Shown piece after piece: positions 29,235 to 39,980 of a DNA stretch of 64,000 nucleotides. The notes beneath the pieces were generated by a model. That model was not told where the DNA came from and did no database searches. It saw only the letters and a program-made list of their open reading frames with translations. Position numbers and translations under genes: made by a program. The first letter of the stretch is position 1; each line of letters begins with the position of its first letter. The DNA is taken from positions 192,001 to 256,000 of the forward strand of contig CAWDNU010000003.1 of assembly GCA_963803705.1 (NCBI GenBank), written 5' to 3'. The DNA is from an uncultured Pseudobdellovibrionaceae bacterium (lineage in GTDB: Bacteria; Bdellovibrionota; Bdellovibrionia; Bdellovibrionales; UBA1609).

Positions 29235-32200
29235 ATGAAAGCATTCTTAAAAATAGGTGGTCTTCAGAAGGCACCATTAACTTTAATATCAGAAAGTTTA
29301 AAAATAGCTTTATTCTTAGTTTTTTCTTCACTTTTATTCGCTGGGTGCGGAGAAGAGCGCGAAAACAAATTCTTATCAAAAATTGAAGTTTTTGATAAAT
29401 CCTTAATCGATACTAATCAAGAGTATTTGTATATTCCGTCAACGGATCAAGTTTCTAGGACCACCCAAGTTGGTCGTCCATTTTTCCAAGGCCAAGAGGA
29501 GATTGTAAAACTAAAATTTGAAAAAGATTTTTTAGTAGCTTATGTTCAAGAGACAGATCCAAGATTTAGTGACAATCCAACAAATAATAAACCCGCATTC
29601 AGGATACCGATCACCCATGTTGATTACCGCGAGGCTAAAGATCCATTCGGTGAGGGAACAAACATTGAAGAAAAAAATGAGTATATCGAATGGTATAAGC
29701 GCAGGTTCTTTGAGCCTAAACCTCAATCCTTTGAATTTTCTGCAGTAAGCACTCTTCCTGCTGAAATCGATAATATTTTTGGAGACAGTTGTTCTAGAAA
29801 AGTTGGTCAGTCTGAGCTATCGTTCGAAGTACAATTAGATCGGATAGATATCGTAATAAAAAGGGATTTTAACACCAATTACTTTTGTGTAAATGTGAAC
29901 GATCTTTCTGACTTGGCTTGGTCTGAGGTGACACACTATTCATTAGTTCCATTAAACAAAATGATCTCTAAAGATTATGAAACGATTGTCTATGACAGAG
30001 ATTGGGAAAGGACTTTTGGTTTTTTCGATAATAAAGAAAGCAAAGTCGATAGCTCAAATAACGACACCCAAGATCAAGAAGTTTATTATATGCACAGATG
30101 GAATCCCAACAGAGAAACCATCACATATCATTTGGATCCTAGGTTCGAAAAACCAGAAAATAAGAACATAAAGCAAGCCACACTTTTAGGAATTCAAAGG
30201 CTCAACGACGGCCTTGCAACAGCTGGCGTGAAATTTAGAATTCAAGCTGTCGATGGCGGTCCAAATTTAAGGCCAGGAGACCTAAATGTTTCTTCAATTG
30301 TATTAGTTGAAGATCCTTTGGCCGTCGGGCTTCTAGGATACGGACCTTCTGTAGCTAACCCTAGAACTGGCGAAATCGTACAGGCCAGGACGGTTATGTA
30401 TCCTGGTATAATGAAAAAGTTTATTAGACGGGCTTATGACGAGCTTTATAAAGAAGAGCTCAATGTAAAACGAAGTGCAAAAGCTAAGACTGTGACCCTT
30501 ACTAATTCTGCAGACGCCTCGGTTTTAAATTCCTCTGAAGATGCGCTTAGCTCAGAAAACCTTATAACTTTGCAGGCTATAAAAGCTGGATTGGAAAATA
30601 AACTTCTAGCCTATAAAAGAAATTCTAATTGGAACACCTTTTCAGGTGATCTAGCAAAATTTAATGACTTGAATCAGCAGGGGGGCGTTACTTCCGGTGG
30701 AAATGTTAGTGGTGAAATTGGGAACTTGTCATCTTCAAATATTGTAAATAAGTGGACTGATTTAATGAAGTATGGTGCTAAAGCCCTATTCAATGACACT
30801 GCATTTTCACTAAGAACAATTTTCAACGGTTTTAAAAATAAATCAGATGACGAATTTGATTTAGATCATCTAGACGCTATTGAAGTATTATCAAAACACA
30901 ATATGACTCCGGCCAGGATAGAGGCTTTTGTGGATATTAAAGACGAGGATTTGAAAAAGACAATTCTAAGTTTGGGTAAAAATCGCCAATGGCATCAGCT
31001 TGATGATACGACAAGGGCAGAAATAGTTGACATCATGCTGCCCTTTGTTTGGATCCCCACCTTGATTCACGAGATAGGCCATAACCTGGGGTTAAGACAT
31101 AATTTTGCGGGATCAGAGGATGAAGACAACTTTTATTCAGATGCGGAGTTAAAATCATTAGGCCTAGAATCTAAGTATGGTTCGCCGTATTCGTCTATGA
31201 TGGAATATACTAAATCTGAAATCACCGGATTAAGAGTTCCAGGAAAATATGACATTGCAGCTTTAAGATATGGCTACTTGCAAAAAGTAGAGCTTCAAGA
31301 CGGAGCTATTGTGCCTGTGACTGCTAAGCCAGATGAATTAAATTTAAAAAACTTTGAGTATTGCTCTGATGAAGGTGTGTCATTAAATCCAAACTGTAAT
31401 CGCTTTGACGAAGGGGTTGGCTATATTGAGATCGCAAACTCGATCATCGGCAGCTACTATGAAAATTATAAGCTAGTGAACTTTAGAAGTGGCCGCTCTA
31501 ATTTTTCTATGATGGATGATATAATGTATGCTTCACGAGTAAATCAGCAGTTTCGCTCGCTTAGGTTAATGCATGAACGCGTCACTGACATCATCTTAGA
31601 TTTTGATATTCCTTTGTCCGAGATAAAAGAGATCGAGTGGTTAAATGAGATGAACGAAGGTTCAAAAATAGCAGCTCAATTTCTGAAAAATGTTGTTGCT
31701 GAGCCTGACTACTCCTGCGTAATTTTTAGAGATAAAAAATTTAATGGCGTTGTTAGGTTTTCTGAAATCGCAGGTTTTTCCGGCGCTAAGAAATGTGCTG
31801 ACGTGCCATTGAATGCGAGCTTCGAAGTGGTGGGTGAGCTAGGTAGGCGCTATAACCACGAAAAGTTTAGAGACAATCCAAATATTTATCTTGATCAGAT
31901 TGATGTTCGAGGTGTTTGGATGGATAAGCTTTTAGCTCTTAGGTATTTGGTTGCTAGAAATTTAAATGAGTACTCATTTGACGATCACACGCTTAGTTAT
32001 TTAGATCACCCAGAAATCGGGTCTGAGATCAATGCATTCTTAAAGGACTTAATTATAGGTGACGTCGTGGCAGCCACTGAAATTACTTTTAATGATGGTT
32101 CAACTTCAAATTTTGAATATGCACATAACTTTTCTGAGGGTTATCAAATCAAAAAGCCACTAACGTCTTTTTTTCATAGGTCGTTAAAATTACCTCTGGA

Positions 32201-32633
32201 CCAGCTAGATTTGATGGCGGCTGCGATGCATGTCACAAGAAGCCAGCTTTATAAAGGTCTTTCATCTGTTTCAAATGATTTGATGACAGAGTCCATTGAA
32301 GTGTATTCTGAAGTTCCTAGAGATGGTCGAAATATTTCAGAATTCAACTTGTACAAACTTGGTCGAACTAATTACGTTGCGGGTCCTGAAAATGAGGTAG
32401 CTAACAAAATCATCGCTAGATTAAAAAAAATAGATCTATATGAAACTGAAACACGTAAGTCTTTGATTGAGGTATTTACTCTACTAAGTCAAAATCAGCC
32501 TTTACCAACAACGGCAACACCAAATCAAGCTGCTATTTATAAACAAGGAGCGGATGATTTGTATTTATATCTGATGGGTGACCTACCATCGAAGGACTAC
32601 TACAGTCGCATCTTATCAGTGATGACTAGGTAA
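29235..32633 (+). CDS. Giant lipoprotein zinc metalloprotease (Met-zincin, EcxA-like), module 2
   Basis: RBS GGAGG; lipobox FAGC; GYGPSVANPRTGEI; HEIGHNLGLRHNF; SSMMEY; GKYDIAALRYGY. Track start 29154. Confidence 0.9.
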   Translation: MKAFLKIGGLQKAPLTLISESLKIALFLVFSSLLFAGCGEERENKFLSKIEVFDKSLIDTNQEYLYIPSTDQVSRTTQVGRPFFQGQEEIVKLKFEKDFLVAYVQETDPRFSDNPTNNKPAFRIPITHVDYREAKDPFGEGTNIEEKNEYIEWYKRRFFEPKPQSFEFSAVSTLPAEIDNIFGDSCSRKVGQSELSFEVQLDRIDIVIKRDFNTNYFCVNVNDLSDLAWSEVTHYSLVPLNKMISKDYETIVYDRDWERTFGFFDNKESKVDSSNNDTQDQEVYYMHRWNPNRETITYHLDPRFEKPENKNIKQATLLGIQRLNDGLATAGVKFRIQAVDGGPNLRPGDLNVSSIVLVEDPLAVGLLGYGPSVANPRTGEIVQARTVMYPGIMKKFIRRAYDELYKEELNVKRSAKAKTVTLTNSADASVLNSSEDALSSENLITLQAIKAGLENKLLAYKRNSNWNTFSGDLAKFNDLNQQGGVTSGGNVSGEIGNLSSSNIVNKWTDLMKYGAKALFNDTAFSLRTIFNGFKNKSDDEFDLDHLDAIEVLSKHNMTPARIEAFVDIKDEDLKKTILSLGKNRQWHQLDDTTRAEIVDIMLPFVWIPTLIHEIGHNLGLRHNFAGSEDEDNFYSDAELKSLGLESKYGSPYSSMMEYTKSEITGLRVPGKYDIAALRYGYLQKVELQDGAIVPVTAKPDELNLKNFEYCSDEGVSLNPNCNRFDEGVGYIEIANSIIGSYYENYKLVNFRSGRSNFSMMDDIMYASRVNQQFRSLRLMHERVTDIILDFDIPLSEIKEIEWLNEMNEGSKIAAQFLKNVVAEPDYSCVIFRDKKFNGVVRFSEIAGFSGAKKCADVPLNASFEVVGELGRRYNHEKFRDNPNIYLDQIDVRGVWMDKLLALRYLVARNLNEYSFDDHTLSYLDHPEIGSEINAFLKDLIIGDVVAATEITFNDGSTSNFEYAHNFSEGYQIKKPLTSFFHRSLKLPLDQLDLMAAAMHVTRSQLYKGLSSVSNDLMTESIEVYSEVPRDGRNISEFNLYKLGRTNYVAGPENEVANKIIARLKKIDLYETETRKSLIEVFTLLSQNQPLPTTATPNQAAIYKQGADDLYLYLMGDLPSKDYYSRILSVMTR

Positions 32634-32726
32634 GCTCGCCGCAGGCGAGAGGGTGCGTAAGCCAAACTGGTAAGCTCGCCGCAGGCGAGAGGGTGCGTAA
32701 GCCAAACTGGTAAGCTCGCCGCAGGC
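32629..32726 (+). repeat. 40-bp perfect tandem repeat (2.45 copies) with REP-like hairpin
   Basis: GGTAAGCTCGCCGCAGGCGAGAGGGTGCGTAAGCCAAACT at 32629 and 32669, partial at 32709. Confidence 0.95.
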
Positions 32727-32785
32727 TGCAGATTGTCAGAATATTTAAGCCATCCCTAGCTGACTAATTGTGACCTGCCAAAGAA

Positions 32786-32976
32786 ACAAGCGCGCTCGGC
32801 AAATTTGAAGCTTAGTTATTTAAGTTTTTTAAAATTATATGGATATCAAAAGCGAGTTCGGATTGAGGTATTTTGCAAAAGCAAAAATGCCTCAAACGTA
32901 TGTCCGAGACTTTTGATATCCATATAAATTTAAAAAACTTAAATAACTAAGCTTCAAATTTGACGAGCACGCTTGT
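32786..32976 (+). repeat. Long hairpin element, copy 2 (67-bp arms)
   Basis: Arms 32786-32852 and 32910-32976 are 64/67 complementary; the right arm includes the last 23 nt of lpdA. Confidence 0.92.
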
Positions 32977-34354
32977 CGACATCTAAAGCCGCTTCTCTTA
33001 AAGCTTCAGAAAGGGTAGGGTGGGCGTGAAAAGAACGGGCAAGGTCTTCGCTTGAGGCTCCAAATTCCATGGCTAATACAGCCTCTGCAATCATATCAGA
33101 CGCTCTTGGACCGATTATGTGTACACCAAGGATCTTATCCGTGTCCTTATGAGCTAAGACCTTAACTTGTCCCTCTGTCATTCCTAGAGCACGCGCGCGG
33201 CCATTGGCTAGAAATGGGAATTTACCAGATGCATAGGGAGTATTATCTTCTTTAAGCTGATCTTCAGTGTACCCAACTGATGCCACTTCTGGCCAAGTGT
33301 AGATGACCCCTGGCACAGTAAGATAGTTTACGTGCCCAGGCTTTCCGGCAATAATTTCAGCGACAGCTACGCCTTCTTCTTCTGCTTTATGGGCAAGCAT
33401 TGGGCCTTCGATAAGATCACCAACCGCATAAATATTATCTGTAGATGTTTGGAATTTTTTGTTAACGCTTAAAAATCCAAATTTATCTTTTTCTATATTC
33501 AAAGACTCTAACCCTAAACCCTCAGAATAGGGGCGACGTCCAGTGGATACTAAAACCGCGTCAACCATTAGCTCTTGGGATGAGCCGTCTTTCACAGATT
33601 CAACAATAACTTTAACCTTATTGTCATCTTGCACAACTGCCGAAGTGACTTTTGATTGCATCGAAAACTTAAGACCTTGTTTTTCAAGTGATCGATGAAG
33701 AAGCCTACCAATCTGGGAATCCATACTTACAGCAATTCGATCACCAAACTCTATTACAGTCACTTGCGAGCCCAAGCGTTGCCACACAGAACCCAACTCA
33801 AGCCCGATATAACCACCACCAATTACAATCATTTTTTCTGGCACATTAGCTAAATCTAAGGCGCCAGTCGAAGACACAATAAATTGCTCATCAATTTCAA
33901 TTCCAGGTAAAGTATTGTGAACACTTCCCGTGGCAAGCATTATGTTTTTTGTCTCTAGAACTTTTACTGAGCCATCCTCTAATTTTATTTCAACTTCATT
34001 TGTAGACTTTATTTTCCCAAAGCCAAAAAAAGTTTCAATTTTGTTCTTCTTCATTAAGCCTTGAACACCTTGGGTAAGACTTGCTACCACTTTTGATTTA
34101 CGAGTCATCATTTTTTCTAAGCTCAATTTAACTTCACTGACTTGAACCCCATGTTCTTCAAGCTCATTCAGCGTTTGGACATAGTGTTCGGAAGACTCAA
34201 GTAAGGCTTTAGATGGAATGCAGCCTACATTTAAGCAAGTTCCACCCAGTGTTTTTCTTTTCTCTATAATTGCTACTTTTAAGCCTAGCTGTGCAGCTCT
34301 GATAGCGCCTGTATATCCAGCGGGACCGGACCCAATAATTACTAAATCAAACAT
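32954..34354 (-). CDS. lpdA: Dihydrolipoyl dehydrogenase
   Basis: GSGPAG, GGTCLNVGCIPSK, HAHPTLSE. Confidence 0.97.
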   Translation of the reverse strand: MFDLVIIGSGPAGYTGAIRAAQLGLKVAIIEKRKTLGGTCLNVGCIPSKALLESSEHYVQTLNELEEHGVQVSEVKLSLEKMMTRKSKVVASLTQGVQGLMKKNKIETFFGFGKIKSTNEVEIKLEDGSVKVLETKNIMLATGSVHNTLPGIEIDEQFIVSSTGALDLANVPEKMIVIGGGYIGLELGSVWQRLGSQVTVIEFGDRIAVSMDSQIGRLLHRSLEKQGLKFSMQSKVTSAVVQDDNKVKVIVESVKDGSSQELMVDAVLVSTGRRPYSEGLGLESLNIEKDKFGFLSVNKKFQTSTDNIYAVGDLIEGPMLAHKAEEEGVAVAEIIAGKPGHVNYLTVPGVIYTWPEVASVGYTEDQLKEDNTPYASGKFPFLANGRARALGMTEGQVKVLAHKDTDKILGVHIIGPRASDMIAEAVLAMEFGASSEDLARSFHAHPTLSEALREAALDVDKRARQI

Positions 34355-34405
34355 TCTTTACTCCAACTCTTCAAATTCAAAAATAAAAATTTAAAACAAT
34401 ACCAA

Positions 34406-35824
34406 TTAAACTTCTAAAATCATACGACTAGGATCTTCTAATGCTTCTTTTATTTTAACCAAAAAACTTACCGACTGTTTGCCGTCCACAACTCTGTGAT
34501 CATAAGACAAAGCAAGGTACATCATTGGACGTATTTCAACCTTACCATCGATCGCCACAGGTCTTTGTTCAATTTTGTGCATTCCTAAAATTCCGCTCTG
34601 GGGTGGATTTAAAATTGGGGTAGACATCAAAGATCCATACACACCACCATTACTGATCGTAAATGTTCCACCTGTTAAGTCGTCTATAGAAAGTTTATTA
34701 GCCTGAGCTTTTTCTGCGTAACGCTTAACTTCGGATTCGATATCTGAAATGGACAGTAAGTCTACGTCTTTGATGACGGGAACAACCAAACCTTTTGGTC
34801 CGCCAACGGCGATACCCATGTTCACAAAGTCATTAAAAATTAGCTCATCACCATCTATGTAAGCATTAACAGCTGGAAAATCTTTTAAAGCCGAAACAAC
34901 AGCTTTTGCAAAAAACCCCATAAAGCCTAAGCGAATTCCATGTTTTTTTTCAAATAGCTCTTTGTATTGAGTGCGCAAATTCATAACTGCCGACATATCA
35001 ACTTCGTTAAAAGTCGTTAGAATCGCAGCATCTTGTTGAGCCTGCACTAAGCGCTCTGCAATACGCTTTCTAATTGTAGTCATCTTTTCTCGTCTGGATT
35101 CGCGGCTTGCGAAGGCTTCAGACGGTTTAGCTAATACACGTTCTTTTGCTGAGGCTGGTTTGGATTCAACTTTATCAGCTATAGCTTTACTGCCGCTTTT
35201 ATTTTCTGAACTGCTTTGGAAGTTCTGGGCATCCTCTTTTGTTATCCGTCCACCAGGGCCAGTGCCCTTGATTTGGTTAGCGTCCAATCTACGCTCTTCA
35301 ATCACTCTTCTAGTCGCTGGACTTAGGGTGCTTGCCATTGAAGATGAAGATTGTTTGCCATCAGAAGTAGATTTATTTTCTGATCTGTTGTCTTCAGCGG
35401 AAGAAGTATCAGATTGCTCATCAGAATCCTTAGAAGTGTTTTTGCTTTCAGAAGTATTCGACGAACTTTCTTCAGACTCAGATTTGTCGTTAGAGTTATT
35501 GTCAGATTGGTCACTAATTTTACCGTCAGACTGGTCGGTGGATTGATCACCTGACAGGTCATTGGATTTATCGTTAGAATTTTCGTCTGACTTTGCAGAC
35601 GTATCTAGGCTACCAACAATGGCGCCGATTTCGACTGTCTCATCGGCCTGGGTGATAATTTTTAATTTTCCTGCTTTTTCAGCCACGACCTCAACACTTG
35701 CTTTATCAGTTTCTAAAGATAACAAAACTTCATTTTGCTCGACGTAATCTCCATCACTTTTAAACCATTCAGATATTGTGGCCTCAGTTATAGATTCTCC
35801 GACTGTTGGGATTTTGATGTCCAT
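34406..35824 (-). CDS. sucB: 2-oxoglutarate dehydrogenase E2, dihydrolipoamide succinyltransferase
   Basis: Lipoyl [25 protein letters not shown]. Confidence 0.97.
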   Translation of the reverse strand: MDIKIPTVGESITEATISEWFKSDGDYVEQNEVLLSLETDKASVEVVAEKAGKLKIITQADETVEIGAIVGSLDTSAKSDENSNDKSNDLSGDQSTDQSDGKISDQSDNNSNDKSESEESSSNTSESKNTSKDSDEQSDTSSAEDNRSENKSTSDGKQSSSSMASTLSPATRRVIEERRLDANQIKGTGPGGRITKEDAQNFQSSSENKSGSKAIADKVESKPASAKERVLAKPSEAFASRESRREKMTTIRKRIAERLVQAQQDAAILTTFNEVDMSAVMNLRTQYKELFEKKHGIRLGFMGFFAKAVVSALKDFPAVNAYIDGDELIFNDFVNMGIAVGGPKGLVVPVIKDVDLLSISDIESEVKRYAEKAQANKLSIDDLTGGTFTISNGGVYGSLMSTPILNPPQSGILGMHKIEQRPVAIDGKVEIRPMMYLALSYDHRVVDGKQSVSFLVKIKEALEDPSRMILEV

Positions 35825-35911
35825 TAAATTTTTCTCCTAAGTGATAACCAATTGTTATGGTAAATTATTTCTTCTGCAAATTAATAAAAACACCAAGTTT
35901 TAAAAAATTTG

Positions 35912-38764
35912 TTAAGCGTTAATCTCTAGACTTTGCATAATAATAAGTTGTTGCTCCTTAGCATGTACAGAAGATGAGCCCGTAGCAGGCGAAGCTCGTT
36001 CGGTACGCCCGACATAGTAAACAGGAACATCATTACGCTTGAGTTTTTGTAAACACAGTCTAAGTTTAGGCATGATGTAACCGTAGGCTCCCATATTCTG
36101 TGGTTCTTCTTGTGTCCACAAAAGCTCTGTCATATTTGGGTAGCTATTTAAAGTTTCAGCAAGTTGTTGTTCAGGAAAAGGATAGAGCTGCTCGATGCGA
36201 ACCAATGCTACTCTATCGGATAATTTATCAGAAGCTAGTAGGTCATAATAAACTTTTCCAGAGCAAAAAACCACGCGCTTAACAACTTGACGATCTAACA
36301 AAGATTGTACGTCTGTTTTTTCAGTTAAAAACCTAGGATCGTCCAAGATCTCAGAAAAATGTCCATCATATAAATCTTCTTTAGAGCAGATGACTTTTGG
36401 GTGACGTAGCAACGATTTAGGTGACATAACGATCATAGGTTTTCTAAAATTTCGTTTAGTTTGACGTCTTAGAGCGTGAAAGAACTGGTTAGGCTCTGTA
36501 AAGTTACAAACCTGCATATTGTATTGAGCGCAAAGCTGTAAGAAACGTTCAAGTCGAGCACTAGAGTGCTCTGGTCCTTGTCCTTCGTAACCATGGGGAA
36601 GAAGTAAAACCAAACCATTCATCTGATACCATTTAGATTCACCACTGGAAAGAAACTGATCTATAATAATTTGAGCGCCATTAGCGAAGTCCCCAAACTG
36701 AGCTTCCCACACAGTTAAAAAACTTGGGTCTTTGATTGCATTTCCGTACTCGAACCCCAAAACCGCAAATTCAGATAATGGTGAGTTGTAAACACAAAAT
36801 TCTTTATCCTTGTTCAGCGCTTTGAAAGGATTAAAAGCCTCACCAGTATTCTTATCAAAGAACATAGCGTGGCGGTGGGTAAATGTTCCGCGAATAGAAT
36901 CTTGTCCAGATATTCTTACTGATGTGCCTTCCGACATCAAACTTCCATAGGCAAGTAGTTCGGCCAAACCCCAATCAATTAAATTTTCATCCCATTGCTT
37001 AGATCTATTTTTTAAAAGCTTTGCCACCTTTGGATGAAGCTCAAAACCTTCAGGCACTTGTGTTATATTCGACATCACAGTTTCTAGAGTTTCTTTTTTA
37101 GCCCTGGTGTCCACGGCGATAAAAGCGTCAGCCATAGTGCCGCGCTTTAAATCTTTCCAAAGGCCCGGCATAGGCGGGTGAGTGACTTCAGGTGGGTTTT
37201 CCTTAACCTCGTCACGAATTTCTTGAAGATTATCCATCTTTAAATCGTAAAATTCTTTAGCCTGCTCTTTAGTGAAAACTTTTTGCTCTGCTAATTTTTC
37301 TGAATATAAGGTGTAGGTTGTCTTCATTTTTTTAATTACACTGTACATTTCAGGCTGTGTAAATGCGGGCTCGTCGCCCTCGTTGTGGCCAAAGCGCCTG
37401 TAGCCCACAAGTTCAATAACCACATCTTGATTAAATTCTTGTCTGAATCGAATAGCAATATCCATAGCTTTCACACATGCTTCTGGATCGTCGCCATTAA
37501 CCATAAGAATGGGTGCTTTTATAGACTTCGCAATGTCAGAAGCGTACTTAGTGCTTCTAGCATCTTTTGGGTCAGTGGTGAAACCTACTTGGTTGTTCAT
37601 TACAATATGAATACTTCCACCTGTTGTATAACCTTTCAAAAGCGAAAGTTGAAAAGTTTCGCTCACTACACCCTGACCAATTACAGAAGCGTCTCCGTGG
37701 ATGAGCACTGGAACTACAGATTTTCTTTCTTTGGTATCATTATTAAATCTTTGTTCAGCGCGAACCATGCCTAACACAACTGGGTTTACGGCCTCTAGGT
37801 GAGATGGGTTAAACGCTAAGGCAACTTCAACTTTTCCATTTTTGGTCTCTTTAGTTGATTGATAGCCAAGGTGGTATTTAACGTCCCCGTCATAATCGTG
37901 AGATTGGTCAACACCCATGTTTCCATCAAATTCCGCAAAAATTATATTCAATGCTTTGTCCATAAAATTGGCCAACACATTGATTCGGCCTCGGTGAGCC
38001 ATACCTATTTTTACCGCTTTAACACCTAAGCTTGCCCCTTTTTCGCAAAGATATTCTAGGCTGGGTATTAACGAGTCACAGCCCTCAATGGAAAACCGCT
38101 TCATACCTACGTATCTTGTGTGCAGAAATTTTTCTAATGTCTCCGTTCGAGCAAGTTGTTTAAGAATATTAACTCTTTGGTCTTCATCTAACTCAAATTT
38201 TGAAGCTTCCATTTCTTTTGTGAACCAGTCCCTAATCTTAGGAAGACACTCTGCAGTTTGAACTGTAAGCGTTTGGCAGTACCAGGATTCAAGTTTATTA
38301 ATAATTTCATCTAAAGTTTTAGGTCCAAGACCTAAAATCTGTCCCATCGAGAAAGTTTTGGATGCATCAGACTCTTTTAAGTTAAAGGATTTGAAATCTA
38401 GAAAGGCAGTCTTTCGTTCTTGAAGTTTTAGTGGGTCTAGATCAGCCTTTAGATGTCCGTAGTCCCTGTAAGCTTGTATAAGTTCGTAAACTTTAAGTTC
38501 TGGTGAAGACTGATCAAGCTTCAGTTCTTCTGCAGGTGACTCGATAGGTTTATTTAAAGTACTGGAACTAGGTCGATCGATATCAGCATTTTTTACATTT
38601 TTATCGGATGAAAATGTGAATCCATCACTTTGCCCAAACTCTACGCCTTCAAAAAACTTCTGCCAAACAGGATCGATGCTGTTTGGATCCTGCCGGTACT
38701 TTTCCATTAGGGATTCTACGTATTCAAGATTAACCCTGTTCATATAGGGAAATTTATTGATCAT
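35912..38764 (-). CDS. sucA: 2-oxoglutarate dehydrogenase E1
   Basis: GMAHRGR, HGDAS, GHNEGDEP, WEAQFGDF, PHGYEGQGPEHSS; RBS GGAG before ATG 38764. Confidence 0.97.
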   Translation of the reverse strand: MINKFPYMNRVNLEYVESLMEKYRQDPNSIDPVWQKFFEGVEFGQSDGFTFSSDKNVKNADIDRPSSSTLNKPIESPAEELKLDQSSPELKVYELIQAYRDYGHLKADLDPLKLQERKTAFLDFKSFNLKESDASKTFSMGQILGLGPKTLDEIINKLESWYCQTLTVQTAECLPKIRDWFTKEMEASKFELDEDQRVNILKQLARTETLEKFLHTRYVGMKRFSIEGCDSLIPSLEYLCEKGASLGVKAVKIGMAHRGRINVLANFMDKALNIIFAEFDGNMGVDQSHDYDGDVKYHLGYQSTKETKNGKVEVALAFNPSHLEAVNPVVLGMVRAEQRFNNDTKERKSVVPVLIHGDASVIGQGVVSETFQLSLLKGYTTGGSIHIVMNNQVGFTTDPKDARSTKYASDIAKSIKAPILMVNGDDPEACVKAMDIAIRFRQEFNQDVVIELVGYRRFGHNEGDEPAFTQPEMYSVIKKMKTTYTLYSEKLAEQKVFTKEQAKEFYDLKMDNLQEIRDEVKENPPEVTHPPMPGLWKDLKRGTMADAFIAVDTRAKKETLETVMSNITQVPEGFELHPKVAKLLKNRSKQWDENLIDWGLAELLAYGSLMSEGTSVRISGQDSIRGTFTHRHAMFFDKNTGEAFNPFKALNKDKEFCVYNSPLSEFAVLGFEYGNAIKDPSFLTVWEAQFGDFANGAQIIIDQFLSSGESKWYQMNGLVLLLPHGYEGQGPEHSSARLERFLQLCAQYNMQVCNFTEPNQFFHALRRQTKRNFRKPMIVMSPKSLLRHPKVICSKEDLYDGHFSEILDDPRFLTEKTDVQSLLDRQVVKRVVFCSGKVYYDLLASDKLSDRVALVRIEQLYPFPEQQLAETLNSYPNMTELLWTQEEPQNMGAYGYIMPKLRLCLQKLKRNDVPVYYVGRTERASPATGSSSVHAKEQQLIIMQSLEINA

Positions 38765-38862
38765 AATTAGTGCTCCACATTTCGTTAAGCATTCATTAAA
38801 AAGCATTCACGAAATTTTGCGATTAATATAGCAAAATTTCGAGCTGGTGTCCTTTACTTTTA

Positions 38863-39816
38863 TTATTTTGACTCAGCTTTTAGCAATTCTTTGATTGATC
38901 CTAAAGTTCCTAAAGCAGTTGAAGCTTCGTAAGGTATGAACACTTTATCTCCAGGTTCTGAAGTGAAGCTTTCAAAAGCCTCTATGTAACTACTTGCGAT
39001 TAAAAATTGCGTTGCAAGCTCAGGGCTTTTTGTAGATGCAGTTAGCAGAGTTATTGCGTCAGCTTTAGCTTTAGCAACTCTTTCCACTGCCATGGCCTCA
39101 CCATCAGCACGTAGGACTTCGGCCTCTTTGGCGCCGGCAGCGTGGTTTATCTGTTCGACCTTTTGACCTTCTGACCGTGCAATTCGAGACTCTTTATCAC
39201 CTTGGGCTTCCAAAACTTTCGCGCGACGTTCTCGTTCTGCTTGCATTTGTTTTTCCATGGCCTGCTGAATATCCCGTGGTGGCGTGATATTTCGTAGTTC
39301 CACTCGGTTGACCTTGGTACCCCACTTATCAGTGGCTTCATCTAAAATCATTTTCAACTTAGCATTAATAGTGTCTCTGGAACCTAGCGTACTATCTAAA
39401 TCCATTTCACCAATTACGTTTCTAAGTGAAGTTTGAGCCAACTGAGCAACCGCTAATGGCAAGTTTTCAATCTCGTAGGTAGCTTTAAATGGATCTGTGA
39501 TCTGAATGTACATGATTGCATCAATGCTTATAGATACGTTATCTTTTGTGATCACACTTTGTTCTGGAATATCTAAAACCGACTCCCTTAGATCAATCCG
39601 CGAAGTCAAATAAATCATCCCATGGTCCACCCACTTAATGGGTCTGGGAACGTCAACGAATGGAATCACAAAGTTGGGCCCGCTGGTTAGCAATTTGCTG
39701 AAAGAACCGAGGCGCTCCATCACAATAATTTGATTTTGATTTACAATATAAACACCTTTCAAAATTAGAACTACTGCAAGAACCGCTAAAACACCAGCTA
39801 CGAAAACTCCACTCAT
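38863..39816 (-). CDS. SPFH/stomatin-like protein (QmcA-like)
   Basis: ITKDNV, LRNVIGEMDLD, MEKQMQAERERRA. Confidence 0.92.
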   Translation of the reverse strand: MSGVFVAGVLAVLAVVLILKGVYIVNQNQIIVMERLGSFSKLLTSGPNFVIPFVDVPRPIKWVDHGMIYLTSRIDLRESVLDIPEQSVITKDNVSISIDAIMYIQITDPFKATYEIENLPLAVAQLAQTSLRNVIGEMDLDSTLGSRDTINAKLKMILDEATDKWGTKVNRVELRNITPPRDIQQAMEKQMQAERERRAKVLEAQGDKESRIARSEGQKVEQINHAAGAKEAEVLRADGEAMAVERVAKAKADAITLLTASTKSPELATQFLIASSYIEAFESFTSEPGDKVFIPYEASTALGTLGSIKELLKAESK

Positions 39817-39980
39817 TTTTTTACATCTCCTGTTGAATTAAAATAAATTTTAATTTGAAAGTACTTACTGTTTTATTTAATAAACCAATGCTAAATTTTT
39901 TTTCTTTAGATCTATTGCGCCTTTATATCTTTTTTAAAGGTTTGATAAGGCATATCAGGTTTCTTTTAGCTTGATAAACA

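Noticed and set aside
13912..32726. CRISPR interpretation of the 22-bp and 40-bp repeats
   Set aside because: No unique spacers and no cas genes in the window.
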